This document shows, one piece after another, positions 39,440 through 49,463 of a DNA stretch of 64,000 nt. The stretch is from positions 224,001 through 288,000 of the forward strand of contig CAWHXY010000007.1 of NCBI GenBank assembly GCA_963833575.1, read 5' to 3'. The position numbers and the translations under genes were made by a program. The stretch's first letter is position 1. Each line of letters opens with the position of its first letter. The DNA comes from Candidatus Bathyarchaeota archaeon (GTDB lineage: Archaea; Thermoproteota; Bathyarchaeia; Bathyarchaeales; Bathycorpusculaceae). The notes beneath the pieces are model-generated. The model did no database searches. It had not been told where the DNA came from and saw nothing but the letters and a program-made list of their open reading frames with translations.

Positions 39440-40453
39440 TTAAAGTGGAGGTTTAGAGGTTTTCTTATCGTTTAACGTTTTTATCCATAGTTTAAACTCA
39501 GGGGATGGCGGAAAGTCATGATAGAGCTGTTTTCGTTTGGATTCAAGAAACAAGTTCTCATTGCCTATGTATTCTGCAGATGTCAGTAAACTGTGACTAA
39601 CTTTTGATGCTCTCTCAAAGACTGAATTCATTTTTTGCTTCCAAGATTCGTCACGCAATGCGTGATGTTCTAAAATGACCAAGGGCACTGCCTCGACAAT
39701 GCGCTCCAAGTTTCTCAAACCCTGATCCAACTGAGCCATTTCAACTCTGAATCCACCAAGGTAAAATGGCGGTCCTCCTAACATAATTGTGGTCGGCGCT
39801 TCCTTCAAAATTAATTCGAGCGTATGATTTGAAATTGGCCCTTGAACATCAGGCGCAAACATGAAATGTTCATCGTTACAAATTACGTTTGCGATTATCA
39901 CCCATCCAAACATCGAATCATCCGAGCCGTGTGCGACAGCTTCAGAAAAGCGCAAAGTAGTTCCACCGAGAATGAATGTTTTTCCGTCTGCAGCTTCCAA
40001 ACTTTTAGCATGTTTGCCGCCTGTTTTTTGGAAAAGCCAAGCACGTTGTCTTTGACTAGCATTTATTTTTTCTTTAGGATTTTTCATTAAAACTGTTTTA
40101 TCCTGATAGATTTGCCGAGCAGTTTCGTTTGCCTCGGTCCAGTTCACCACCCAATCCTCATATGACGGGGTATGATGATCAAAGTGGTAATGGCTAATCG
40201 TTACAATCGATGCCTTGTCCGCAGCTTCCGCTATTTTTTTGCGCAGCTTACTGATGGTTTGAAACTCAATGGGGTGAGGCGGCAAACTGAAACGATACGG
40301 ACAGAGCGATATTCCAGCATCCAGAAGCACCGAAACATCAGGTGTTTCCACTAAAGTGCACATAGAGCGAACACCAAAGCTTTCTGCCGCCAATGGCGTA
40401 ACCTTGATTTTGCTTAATGGGTTATTGATTTTTTCTTTCTCCATATTTAGCAT
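39440..40453 (-). CDS. UPF0282 metallo-beta-lactamase-fold hydrolase
   Basis: AAESFGVRSM, ISHYHFDH, DVQGP, EHHALRD. Confidence 0.85.
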   Translation of the reverse strand: MLNMEKEKINNPLSKIKVTPLAAESFGVRSMCTLVETPDVSVLLDAGISLCPYRFSLPPHPIEFQTISKLRKKIAEAADKASIVTISHYHFDHHTPSYEDWVVNWTEANETARQIYQDKTVLMKNPKEKINASQRQRAWLFQKTGGKHAKSLEAADGKTFILGGTTLRFSEAVAHGSDDSMFGWVIIANVICNDEHFMFAPDVQGPISNHTLELILKEAPTTIMLGGPPFYLGGFRVEMAQLDQGLRNLERIVEAVPLVILEHHALRDESWKQKMNSVFERASKVSHSLLTSAEYIGNENLFLESKRKQLYHDFPPSPEFKLWIKTLNDKKTSKPPL

Positions 40454-40654
40454 TCACGTTAAGTAATCCTTTCTAATTCCTAACTTGATTGAGTGTAAAA
40501 TGGATTCCGCCAATAGATACTCCCTTTTTTCTCTAGGTTCAGTCGTAATTAAGATGACCCAAATAGATCCTGTTAGTTCTCATTTAGACTTCAACATTCA
40601 ACAAAGAGATTAGTAACTTAGGAGAGTAAAAATCGCTTACCAACACATTTTAAT

Positions 40655-41131
40655 ATGTTTACTTGCTCAATTTTTTTAGGTGAAAAAATGGAGAGCATAA
40701 CTCTTTTTATGATACCTGATAATGATGTAAATAAGACTCATAAGAAAATAGCAGTTGAGTTTCTCAGTTTAATTGGTTCGGGAAAACCAAAAGATGGCTT
40801 GCGTTTCTTTGCGCCGGACTGCAAGACTCACAATCCATATGTTCTTGGAGGTATGAACGAATTAGTTGATGCAATGATAGCAGTACAGAAACAAGGCTCA
40901 CAAGGAATCTTAAAAGGGTCTACGGCTGACTTTAAACTCAGTATTAAGCAGGTTCTTGCCGAAGGTAACCTAGTTGCAGTGCATACACAAATCTCCAGTT
41001 CAAAACCTAGCGAAGGAGGACTAAGGCAAGTTCATCTTTTCCGTTTTATGGGAGACAAGATAGTTGAGTATTGGGATATCAGCCAAATGGTATCTGAGAA
41101 CGCGCCTAATGGAGCTGGAGCATTTTCGTAA
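40655..41131 (+). CDS. SnoaL/NTF2-like protein; start uncertain
   Basis: HNP, AEGNLVAVH, FRF..DKIVEYWD. Confidence 0.8.
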   Translation: MFTCSIFLGEKMESITLFMIPDNDVNKTHKKIAVEFLSLIGSGKPKDGLRFFAPDCKTHNPYVLGGMNELVDAMIAVQKQGSQGILKGSTADFKLSIKQVLAEGNLVAVHTQISSSKPSEGGLRQVHLFRFMGDKIVEYWDISQMVSENAPNGAGAFS

Positions 41132-41237
41132 AAAGATCTTTGGCTAAAGTTGCTGTGCCATCACAATCACAAACTGTTAAGTTCAAAGCTTCCCAGCACT
41201 AGAACAAGGATTAACCTATTTTTAGGAAAGATAAGAA

Positions 41238-41804
41238 ATGAGCCAAAAACCTAGTGATACCAAAAACTTGGAAGTTGCAACGCTTGCCGCAGGCTGCTTC
41301 TGGTGCACGGAAGCCGCGTTTAGCATAATCAAAGGAGTTGAAAGAATTGAGCCTGGTTACACGGGCGGCAATGTACCTAATCCCTCTTACGAACAGGTTT
41401 CAACGGGCAAAACGGGACATGCTGAAGCAGCACAGATATTTTTTGACCCCAAACTGATAAGTTACAAAGAAATTTTGGAAATTTACTTTACGATGCATGA
41501 TCCGACTTCATTGAATCGGCAAGGAGCAGACGTTGGAACTCAGTATCGATCGGCGATTTTCTATAATAATCAAGAGCAGAAAACTACCGCTGAAGCTTTG
41601 ATTGAAGAAATTACCAAAGAAGCCATTTTTGACAAACCGATCGTTACCCGCATTGAGCCATTGAAAGTGTTTTATGATGCTGAAACCTACCACAAAGACT
41701 ACTACAAAAAACATCCAAAAGAGCCATATTGCCAGGTTGTAATTGCACCTAAAATTGCTAAATTACAACAAAGGTTTTTTGACAAAATCAAGGTACCTTT
41801 GTGA
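41238..41804 (+). CDS. msrA: Peptide-methionine (S)-S-oxide reductase
   Basis: GCFWC, GYTGG, TGHAE, HDPT, GTQYRS. Confidence 0.96.
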   Translation: MSQKPSDTKNLEVATLAAGCFWCTEAAFSIIKGVERIEPGYTGGNVPNPSYEQVSTGKTGHAEAAQIFFDPKLISYKEILEIYFTMHDPTSLNRQGADVGTQYRSAIFYNNQEQKTTAEALIEEITKEAIFDKPIVTRIEPLKVFYDAETYHKDYYKKHPKEPYCQVVIAPKIAKLQQRFFDKIKVPL

Positions 41805-42210
41805 TAACACAAAAAACCTATTTCGACCAACGTCAATGACGTTTTAAAGGAGATTGAAGGGGCGTAGGAAAAAGATTTCCTGCCAATTATCGCGCCAAAC
41901 AAAAGGCAAGTTTTTGACAAATGAAATTAGCCTTCATAACTAAAGAATGCAGTTAGTCAAACGAGACTGCAACGGGAACCGTTATCAAAGTAAGTAATAT
42001 TGGTGTTACTCCTCAAGAAAGAGTCGCTGCGACTGTGAGAATGGACAATGCAATTATGGTTTGTCTCATTAGTGCCCTTTTTTGAATTTCGGTGACATTC
42101 GGTGATGACAAATTCAAAGAAACCACAAAGTCTATTCGACTCATTAATATTCTAAATTAATCTAAGTTTTACACCAATGTTTTAATGAAAGCATAAGTTT
42201 GTTCTTGCTG

Positions 42211-42312
42211 GGTGGGCGATGACGACTCTGGCCCCGAAGACTATCATGGATGATGAGGATCTTGAGTGCGTATCTTGCATTTGATTTTCGAATGCACGCA
42301 TAAGAGCCCACC
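42211..42312 (+). ncRNA. Candidate structured sRNA with box C/D-like / kink-turn motifs
   Basis: Terminal stem GGTGGGC/GCCCACC, ATGACGA and ATGATGA boxes, internal TGCATT/AATGCA stem, TTTTAATG about 25-30 nt upstream. Confidence 0.5.
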
Positions 42313-42329
42313 TAACGTTTCATGCAAAA

Positions 42330-42722
42330 CTATTTAACTGCGGATTCTGCAATCTCCACTATGCCTGAGATGTTTTTGAGCAACATGTCTGGAATATTGT
42401 GGCGTTCTTTTTGATACAATGGCGAGTTGTAGGATACCCAGACTTTTCCATTTGTATCGTCAGAAACAAGTACTTTCAGCGGAAAATCGATGGCAAGAGT
42501 TGGTGCAGCAATCATCAAAGGCGTACCAGCTTTTGGGTTACCGAAGATAACTAATTGTGCAGGATTCATTTTTAGTCCTGCCTTTTCGGCTTCTGCACTA
42601 AAACTTATGTTAGCGAAAATTGTGAGCCCTCGAGATAGGACAGTTGATTTTAACCGTTCAAATGTTTCCCCAAAAGAATGTTCACTTTGCACCTGCACGA
42701 TGCCGTTCTTAAGAGTTGACAA
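42330..42722 (-). CDS. DUF302 domain protein
   Basis: IFGNPKAGTPLM, AIDFPLKVLV, SYNSP. Confidence 0.9.
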   Translation of the reverse strand: MSTLKNGIVQVQSEHSFGETFERLKSTVLSRGLTIFANISFSAEAEKAGLKMNPAQLVIFGNPKAGTPLMIAAPTLAIDFPLKVLVSDDTNGKVWVSYNSPLYQKERHNIPDMLLKNISGIVEIAESAVK

Positions 42723-42864
42723 TCGTGAGTCACATTAAGTGGTTTACGTTTGCTTCTAATTATTGGTTTCGTTAAACTCAGATCGCTTCCGAAAGCCTCG
42801 TTGAAATTAATCTTACGTTCTGCAAAATTTCAAACGCAACGTTAAAGAGTTACTTTCTCGTTGA

Positions 42865-43800
42865 CTAAGTTTTAGCTTCTGAGGGTCTAAGAGAACCTTC
42901 TGCTGTCTGTCTCCGGAAATGGATGAGACCATTTTTGAACGCTTCAACCATTTTCCTACCGTTTATCAAAATTAACGAAACCAGCATTATCGTCGGAATC
43001 CAGGCCGGCGTATAAAGAGGCGTTGCTGTGCCTGAGCCTAAAACCATGTTAACAAACCCCTGCCCTACTCCAGGGTAGAAAACCACCAGATTGGTCACAA
43101 ACAACGTCAATGTCAAAGAAATTACAGATAATCTTAGCTTGTTCTTATTGTAGAAAAGAAAAAGCGGCAATGCCAAGAGAGCAAATCTAGGATCAAACGC
43201 TCCCAATGCAAAGACGAGACCTGAGAGGACAGGTTTACTTTTATAGCCTAGATAAAACGATACAAGCAAAAGAAACGAGAGTAAGATTTTTGCTTGACCT
43301 TCTGCCCAACTCATAAAGTAACTAACGGATAATCCCCTACCGGGCATTGGGTAAGGCAACAGTAAGACAAGAATTAAAATCACAAAAACGGCGACTGGGT
43401 TTTTCTTTTCCAATAGCTTGTAGAGTAGCAATGCCATCAGCGGAAGCAGGGCAAACTGGACTGCATCGAAAACCCAGAATGCTTGATAATAGCTCAGGTT
43501 GGTTAGTGGCAAAATTAAGACGAGAAAAGAGGGGAGGTACTTGTAGGGAGTTAGGGAAGGGTAGATTGTTGGTTCGCCGTCAGGCAGGGATTCTGCGGTG
43601 AATATTTGGGATGGGTTATGTAGCATTCGCCAAGCTGCTATATAATATACTGAAAAATCCCGCGGCAAGTTTGCTCCGCCTAAGTTAAGCGGATGATTCA
43701 TGGTTGGATAAGCTGTAGAGAGTGTGTAAAAGTTTAATCCTATAATGATAATGATAGTTAAAGCGAGAAGGAGTTTTTTCGATTTTAGTTGATTTAACAC
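42865..43800 (-). CDS. GT87-like membrane glycosyltransferase
   Basis: DFSVYY.AA, YKYLPSF, EGQ; multi-TM. Confidence 0.7.
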   Translation of the reverse strand: MLNQLKSKKLLLALTIIIIIGLNFYTLSTAYPTMNHPLNLGGANLPRDFSVYYIAAWRMLHNPSQIFTAESLPDGEPTIYPSLTPYKYLPSFLVLILPLTNLSYYQAFWVFDAVQFALLPLMALLLYKLLEKKNPVAVFVILILVLLLPYPMPGRGLSVSYFMSWAEGQAKILLSFLLLVSFYLGYKSKPVLSGLVFALGAFDPRFALLALPLFLFYNKNKLRLSVISLTLTLFVTNLVVFYPGVGQGFVNMVLGSGTATPLYTPAWIPTIMLVSLILINGRKMVEAFKNGLIHFRRQTAEGSLRPSEAKT

Positions 43801-44117
43801 GCTCAGGTATTAGCACTCTCGATTGTCATTTTATCTTGTGGCTCAATTAAAAACTATTTTGCTTTGGCAAGCGCTTGTTATTATTTTCTTCCGCCAACAC
43901 ATAATTTCCTATTTTGTAAATCCAGTCTTGTTGTGAATAATGAAAAAATGTCTTAAAAAATAAACGTTGAATAGACTTTTTTGAAATGCTTTTTACCATG
44001 TTTCTTCTAAAAAGTCAAATCGGAAAATCTAATCTTGCCTGCGCTTGGACGAGACAAATTTAAAGAAAACATGAGACTTAAGTGAGAACAAGGTCAACGG
44101 AAACTGTAGTCGATAAT

Positions 44118-44696
44118 TTATTTTTCGCCCGGTGGCTTTTCCCATAATTGAAGTTTCTGTTTCTTAAGTTCAGTTCGTTTCTTCTGCAAGTAATTGTACA
44201 TTGTATGGTGCTCGCAACCATCAATTATCATTTGTACTGCATTTCGTGCAGCATCGGACTCTTCAAAACTGCCAATTATGCCTACAGTATGACCGTAAAC
44301 TACCACATCAGCCTCAGTTAACTCTTCGATCAATTTTCTTGTTTTGCCTTCTGCGCCTATTACTCTGCCTTTGATGCGTTTAATATCTGATTCTGATCGC
44401 CCAAAAATAATGCGTAAATCTATCAGGTCGAAAATGTCATCTTCGTTGCGTATTAGTCGGAAAGCTGTTTCTGGTGGAAAGCCTCTGCCGATTGCTGTTA
44501 CAACATCTTTGGCTTTTAATAGTAAAGAGGGGTCCTTTGCGTTTTCTGAAAGTATGAGGGTTACGCTTCCTTCAGTGTCAATTTCAAGTTTAACTTCAAG
44601 TTTCTCTTCGATAAACTTCTTAACTTTGCCTTCAGGACCAATCAGTATGCCAACGCGCTCTTTAGGAATTTTAACAAACATGTCTGGACGGGACAT
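44118..44696 (-). CDS. KH-domain pre-rRNA processing protein Dim2/Pno1
   Basis: RVGILIGPEG, AIGRGF, GRVIGAEGKTR, VYGHTV. Confidence 0.93.
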   Translation of the reverse strand: MSRPDMFVKIPKERVGILIGPEGKVKKFIEEKLEVKLEIDTEGSVTLILSENAKDPSLLLKAKDVVTAIGRGFPPETAFRLIRNEDDIFDLIDLRIIFGRSESDIKRIKGRVIGAEGKTRKLIEELTEADVVVYGHTVGIIGSFEESDAARNAVQMIIDGCEHHTMYNYLQKKRTELKKQKLQLWEKPPGEK

Positions 44697-45481
44697 TACG
44701 TACCAACAACCATTTTATGAAACTCTTCAACTGGAATTACTTTAACATTTAACCGACTAAAGAACCTATTCACATTCTCCAAATCTCTACGCAGCATAAA
44801 ATCGGCCATGGGATGCTGAATTGAAACCGACTGCGAAACATCAAAAACAATGGGTCTGCCTTTCCACATCATAATGTTGTATTCGCTCAGGTCACCGTGG
44901 ACAATTTTGGCTTTTTGGTAGAGACGTTTGATATAAGTAACAAGGATTTTGTATACTTTTTCCGGGTTAACTGGTGCCCGCTCCTTCAGTGAGGGCGCAC
45001 TAACCCCTTCCTTCCCAATAAACTCCATAACCACAACATTGCTTTTGACAGCTATTGGCTTTGGAACACGCACCTTTGCATCTGTCGCTTCTTGTAAATT
45101 CCGAAACTCCTTTTGTGCCCAAACAGCCATCAGCGACCGAGTATCATGTTTAACGTCTTTGAAGCGGGGATCACCTTCAATGTATTTGTGCATGCCTCTT
45201 TTGAATTCGGCTGAAGAAGTTAAGTAAATTTTTACTGCTAAATCTACGCCTTCTTTGGTTGTGCCCCAATAAACGCGCGCTTCTTTACCTGAACTGACAA
45301 CACCGTTAAGCTCATAGAACACGCCGCTATTGAGCATGTCAAAGACAACCATGCGGGTGGTTTGGTCAAAAACTTCCTCTACAGTGGCGCGTTCCTTGGA
45401 CTTATCATGTGTTAACATTTTATCTCTGCGTTCTATTCTTCTTTCGGTATGAGCTATACGTTCTTGTGCTTTTCTAGACAT
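44696..45481 (-). CDS. rio1: RIO1 serine/threonine kinase
   Basis: SSGKEARVY, AVKIY, KEFRNL, VHGDLSEYNI, DVSQSV. Confidence 0.93.
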   Translation of the reverse strand: MSRKAQERIAHTERRIERRDKMLTHDKSKERATVEEVFDQTTRMVVFDMLNSGVFYELNGVVSSGKEARVYWGTTKEGVDLAVKIYLTSSAEFKRGMHKYIEGDPRFKDVKHDTRSLMAVWAQKEFRNLQEATDAKVRVPKPIAVKSNVVVMEFIGKEGVSAPSLKERAPVNPEKVYKILVTYIKRLYQKAKIVHGDLSEYNIMMWKGRPIVFDVSQSVSIQHPMADFMLRRDLENVNRFFSRLNVKVIPVEEFHKMVVGT

Positions 45482-45580
45482 AATATCCAAACATCTTAAT
45501 CGTGATTGGGTATTTAAAAACAATCAAACATGAAAAACCAGTTGCACGCGAAATAAACGGAAACATTAAAATTTTGAAAA

Positions 45581-45886
45581 TTAAAGGGTTAAAATCCCCT
45601 TGCGTCTTAGAGTATCGGCTTGCCCATGTGTATAGCGCCAAACAACATCGCCACGTTTGTCAGTCTGGAAATCCCATGGCGAAACAATAACTATATCTCC
45701 CTCGCGAATCCAGACACGCCTCTTCATTTTTCCGCGGATACGACACAAGCGTTCGGCACCATCTTGACATTTAACTAGGATACGGTCAAAACCAAGCAGT
45801 TTTATAACCACACCTAATACCTCGCCTTGTCCAGGATAAACTAATTCGCCGATTGCGCCTTCGCTTAATACTTTTTTCTTTCCCAA
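45581..45886 (-). CDS. eif1a: Translation initiation factor aIF-1A
   Basis: CRIRGKMKRRVWIREGD, PWDFQ. Confidence 0.96.
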   Translation of the reverse strand: MGKKKVLSEGAIGELVYPGQGEVLGVVIKLLGFDRILVKCQDGAERLCRIRGKMKRRVWIREGDIVIVSPWDFQTDKRGDVVWRYTHGQADTLRRKGILTL

Positions 45887-46273
45887 ACGCTAAACCTCGT
45901 TTGACTTGAAAAATTAATGTTTAGCTTGCTTAAAAGCATGTTCTCAAAATAAGCGATAGGTTTTGAATGAAGGCTCATTTTTGAAAACTGTGAGTTGCTC
46001 ACTAGTTTTGACGCTAAAGAGCAAATGTTGGCAATTTTGCTTACTCGTTTGGTGCTTTTAAACAAAAATTTTGAGAAGCATAGTTCACTAAGTTTTCAGT
46101 CGTTCAATTAGCTAGCGAAGCTGAATTAGCTGATTTAGGAAGCTAACTTCGTACGTAAATTGTTTAAATAGCGTGGGTAAGTAGGCTTTTTGGCGAATTG
46201 AACTTTTCAAAAACCAATAAAACCTTCAGGGGTCTACTCTGAAATCAAGAAACTTCGGGGAGAGCTTACTCAA

Positions 46274-47602
46274 ATGATTGTGGAAGAAAATGTGAATCGC
46301 ATTAGGTCTAAGGCTTTTCTTAAAATGAGAGTTGGCACAAAAACAATTCTTGATGACTGGAAAGATTACCGATGGCAACTGAAAAATTCAATAAAAACCA
46401 TTGAAGCATTTGAAGAAGCTACAGAAATTAGATTTTCTGATGAAGAATATGGGAAGCTTGAAAAAACAATTCAAAAATTCCCTCTCAGTATTACTCCTTA
46501 CTATGCATCTTTAATAGAAAAAGAGAATTATCGTAACGATCCTATCTTCAAGCAAGCATTTCCTGACCCGGCTGAGTTAATAATTTCAAAATGCGACATG
46601 AGAGATCCACTGCATGAAGACAAAGACAGGCCAACAAAAGGCATTACCCACAGATATCCCGATCGAGTACTCTTTTTAGTAAGCAACTGTTGTGCAATGT
46701 ATTGCAGGCATTGTACAAGAAAAAGAAAGGTAGGCGACCCAGACTACATTCCATCAAGAGAGCAAATATTAGCTGGGATTTGCTATATAAGAAAAAATCC
46801 GCAAATCCGTGATGTCTTGCTTTCCGGCGGCGACCCCCTTATGCTGCCTGATGAATATCTAGATTGGATTCTTACAGAACTAAATAGAATTAAACATGTC
46901 GAGGTCATACGTATTGGTTCAAGAATACCAGTCGTTCTCCCATTCAGGATAACCAAAGAACTTACTAACTTACTAAAAAAGCATCATCCACTTTGGCTAA
47001 ATACACAGTTTAACCATCCAAGAGAATTGACTCCAGATTCACAAGAAGCTCTAAAACGGTTAGCCGATGCAGGGATACCACTGGGAAATCAAACGGTCTT
47101 GTTGGCAGGTGTAAACGATTGTCCGCAAATCATGAAGAAACTGAATCAAAAACTCGTTAAGAACAGGGTCCGCCCTTATTACCTGTTCCAATGCGACCTC
47201 TCTGAAGGGCTTTCTCATTTTCGAACTTCGATTGGAAAGGGCGTTGAAATTATGGAAAGCCTTGTAGGGCATACTAGCGGTTTCGCAGTGCCAAGATATG
47301 TTGTAGATGCACCTGGAGGGGGAGGAAAAATTCCTGTTATGCCAAATTACATTATCTCTTGGTCAACAAATAAGGTGATTTTGCGAAACTATGAGGGCGT
47401 TATCACTACGTATGAGGAACCTGAAAATTACAAAGCCACTTCATGTAACAACAACTGTGATAAATGTACGCCCAAATCAAATTTCATGAATACCGATCCT
47501 CCGACTGGAGTTGAAAAATTACTATCCGATGAGGACAGAACAATCTCACTTGTACCAGATGGGAACCTCCGCCTGAAAAGAAGGGAAAAAAGCGAATCAT
47601 AA
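46274..47602 (+). CDS. kamA: Lysine 2,3-aminomutase (radical SAM, KamA/AblA)
   Basis: [45 protein letters not shown]. Confidence 0.93.
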   Translation: MIVEENVNRIRSKAFLKMRVGTKTILDDWKDYRWQLKNSIKTIEAFEEATEIRFSDEEYGKLEKTIQKFPLSITPYYASLIEKENYRNDPIFKQAFPDPAELIISKCDMRDPLHEDKDRPTKGITHRYPDRVLFLVSNCCAMYCRHCTRKRKVGDPDYIPSREQILAGICYIRKNPQIRDVLLSGGDPLMLPDEYLDWILTELNRIKHVEVIRIGSRIPVVLPFRITKELTNLLKKHHPLWLNTQFNHPRELTPDSQEALKRLADAGIPLGNQTVLLAGVNDCPQIMKKLNQKLVKNRVRPYYLFQCDLSEGLSHFRTSIGKGVEIMESLVGHTSGFAVPRYVVDAPGGGGKIPVMPNYIISWSTNKVILRNYEGVITTYEEPENYKATSCNNNCDKCTPKSNFMNTDPPTGVEKLLSDEDRTISLVPDGNLRLKRREKSES

Positions 47603-47607
47603 GAGGT

Positions 47608-48294
47608 ATGCGAATGACTGAAACCAAAGAAAATCTCCCGTTTAAGATCCGAAACTTGGAACTACAAGACATTAAAGAAGTATACAAGTTGCTTACTGCA
47701 AATAGACCCTATGTAGGATTAAATTCCCGATACACATATTTTATTTTAGCTAAAGACTTCGCAGATACCTGCGTTGTCGCCGAACACGAAGGCAAAATTG
47801 TAGCGTTTTCTTCAGGATACATCTCACCCAATAAGAAAGACACTTTTTTCAGTTGGGAAGCAGTTGTTCACGAGGATTTTAGAGGAAATAATCTGCAAAA
47901 ACTAATGTTACTCCATCAAATTGCAGGTAAACGAGTTAAGTATTTTGAAGGAACAATTAACCCTTCAAATGAGGCATCGAAAAAAAGTTTTCGTGGGTTA
48001 GCGCAGTTACTGAAAACGAAATGTGAAGAAAACATGCTTTTTAACGGGGATGATTTTGAAAATGACGGCCATGAACCAGAGATTTTGTTTAGAATCGGTC
48101 CCTTTTCAAAAGAGCAGGTAAATAAGACTATGCGATTTTCTGAAAGGAATCATGAACCCATTGAAAAATCGATGTTCATGCAGTTGGATGACAATGCTTC
48201 CAATTTAGAATACACGAAATCAAATCAAACATATAACATAACATCGAAGCTAAAGATGAGTCATGTTTCGGGTAATATGGAACTGACTTGTTAG
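47608..48294 (+). CDS. EctA-like (diaminobutyrate acetyltransferase family) GNAT
   Basis: LNSRYTY, FADTCVVAE, SGYI.P, TINPSNEAS, GHEPE.LFRIGPF. Confidence 0.8.
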   Translation: MRMTETKENLPFKIRNLELQDIKEVYKLLTANRPYVGLNSRYTYFILAKDFADTCVVAEHEGKIVAFSSGYISPNKKDTFFSWEAVVHEDFRGNNLQKLMLLHQIAGKRVKYFEGTINPSNEASKKSFRGLAQLLKTKCEENMLFNGDDFENDGHEPEILFRIGPFSKEQVNKTMRFSERNHEPIEKSMFMQLDDNASNLEYTKSNQTYNITSKLKMSHVSGNMELTC

Positions 48295-48358
48295 ATTCTT
48301 AACCCTTATTGGTAAGAACCGATAAAGTTGAATTATTCAAAGAAGAACACACCTTGAA

Positions 48359-48404
48359 AGAAGAAGTAGGACACGGTGCACCCTGCGATTGTCCTACTTC
48401 TTCT
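48359..48404 (+). terminator. Perfect 15-bp inverted repeat downstream of ectA-like gene (terminator or binding site)
   Basis: AGAAGAAGTAGGACA-16 nt-TGTCCTACTTCTTCT. Confidence 0.55.
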
Positions 48405-48624
48405 AACTTGTAAAAGAAGAAGTGCGCACCTAGCAAGTTTCTCCTTCTTTCATTGGTTAGGAGTTCCTGGTGAGCTTTCGAGAGTTGAGGCGGGCTTAAG
48501 ATTTTGTCGACTAAATTGCTTTGGACACTGAGGGGATTTAAAGAAATGACCTTTTAGTCTTCTCTGGGACGATGTAAGTTTAAATTTCTCAACGCTTGAA
48601 TATGATAAATGGTGTATTTGCCAA

Positions 48625-49440
48625 GTGTCCTACGTCTTCAACATACCATACCGAAATAACGCTAAACTCAAACAAGTAATGGAACGAATCAAGGAAGACA
48701 AAAAATTGCAAACATACTGGAAATGCGCCAACGTCATGGCAATAGAGCGTATGGGCTACACCGACCATGGACCAACGCACGTAAAAATAGTATCCAACAT
48801 TGCTCTAAGACTTCTGCGCATTCTCATCGAAAAAAAACTCATAACACCCAGCATAGTGGAAAATTACAAAATGCAAAACGATGATGCTGAGGTAGTTGTC
48901 GTCTTAAGCTCAATCTTTCATGATTTAGGCATGATTGTGCAAAGGCACAGGCATGAACAATATAGTGTAATCCTAGCATTGGAATTTCTTGAAAAATGTT
49001 TGACACCAACCTACAATGAGGAGCAACAGGCAATAATAACTTCAGAGGTCTTGCATGCTATTGTGTCCCACGAAGAAACTCCCAGAAATGAGCCAACCCA
49101 TAAAATATTAACAAAAGAAGCAGGCATAGTGGGAATCGCCGATGCCTTGGACATGGAAGCTGGAAGAGCACGAATACCATTCCAAGCAGGCAAAATAGAC
49201 ATACACGCAGTATCAGCGCTCTCCATTGAAAAAGTTGAAGTGGAATGTGCTGAAAACACTAAAAATGGAGAAAAACCAATCAACATCAAAATTAAAATGT
49301 CTAACTCCGCAGGTGTATTCCAAATTGATGAGCTACTGAAACCAAGAATCGTCAACTCAGGGCTTGAACAATTCTTCCATGTAATCGCTGAAATCACAGG
49401 CGAAAAAGAAAACAGGATTATTGAAAAATTCGAGATTTAA
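48625..49440 (+). CDS. HD-domain phosphohydrolase
   Basis: DHGPTH, FHDLG, IADALDM, DIHAVSA. Confidence 0.9.
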   Translation: MSYVFNIPYRNNAKLKQVMERIKEDKKLQTYWKCANVMAIERMGYTDHGPTHVKIVSNIALRLLRILIEKKLITPSIVENYKMQNDDAEVVVVLSSIFHDLGMIVQRHRHEQYSVILALEFLEKCLTPTYNEEQQAIITSEVLHAIVSHEETPRNEPTHKILTKEAGIVGIADALDMEAGRARIPFQAGKIDIHAVSALSIEKVEVECAENTKNGEKPINIKIKMSNSAGVFQIDELLKPRIVNSGLEQFFHVIAEITGEKENRIIEKFEI

Positions 49441-49463
49441 GACATTTTTGAGGAAACCAACAC

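Noticed and set aside
42215-42263. Fluoride riboswitch (GGCGATGA...TGATGA)
   Set aside because: P1 and pseudoknot pairings do not fit and there is no downstream sense gene
44945-44956. GATTTTGTATAC partial match to the repeat
   Set aside because: Inside rio1 and lacks the GTTGATGC half
44118-45886. aIF-1A/rio1/dim2 cluster as novel
   Set aside because: Well-known conserved archaeal gene cluster
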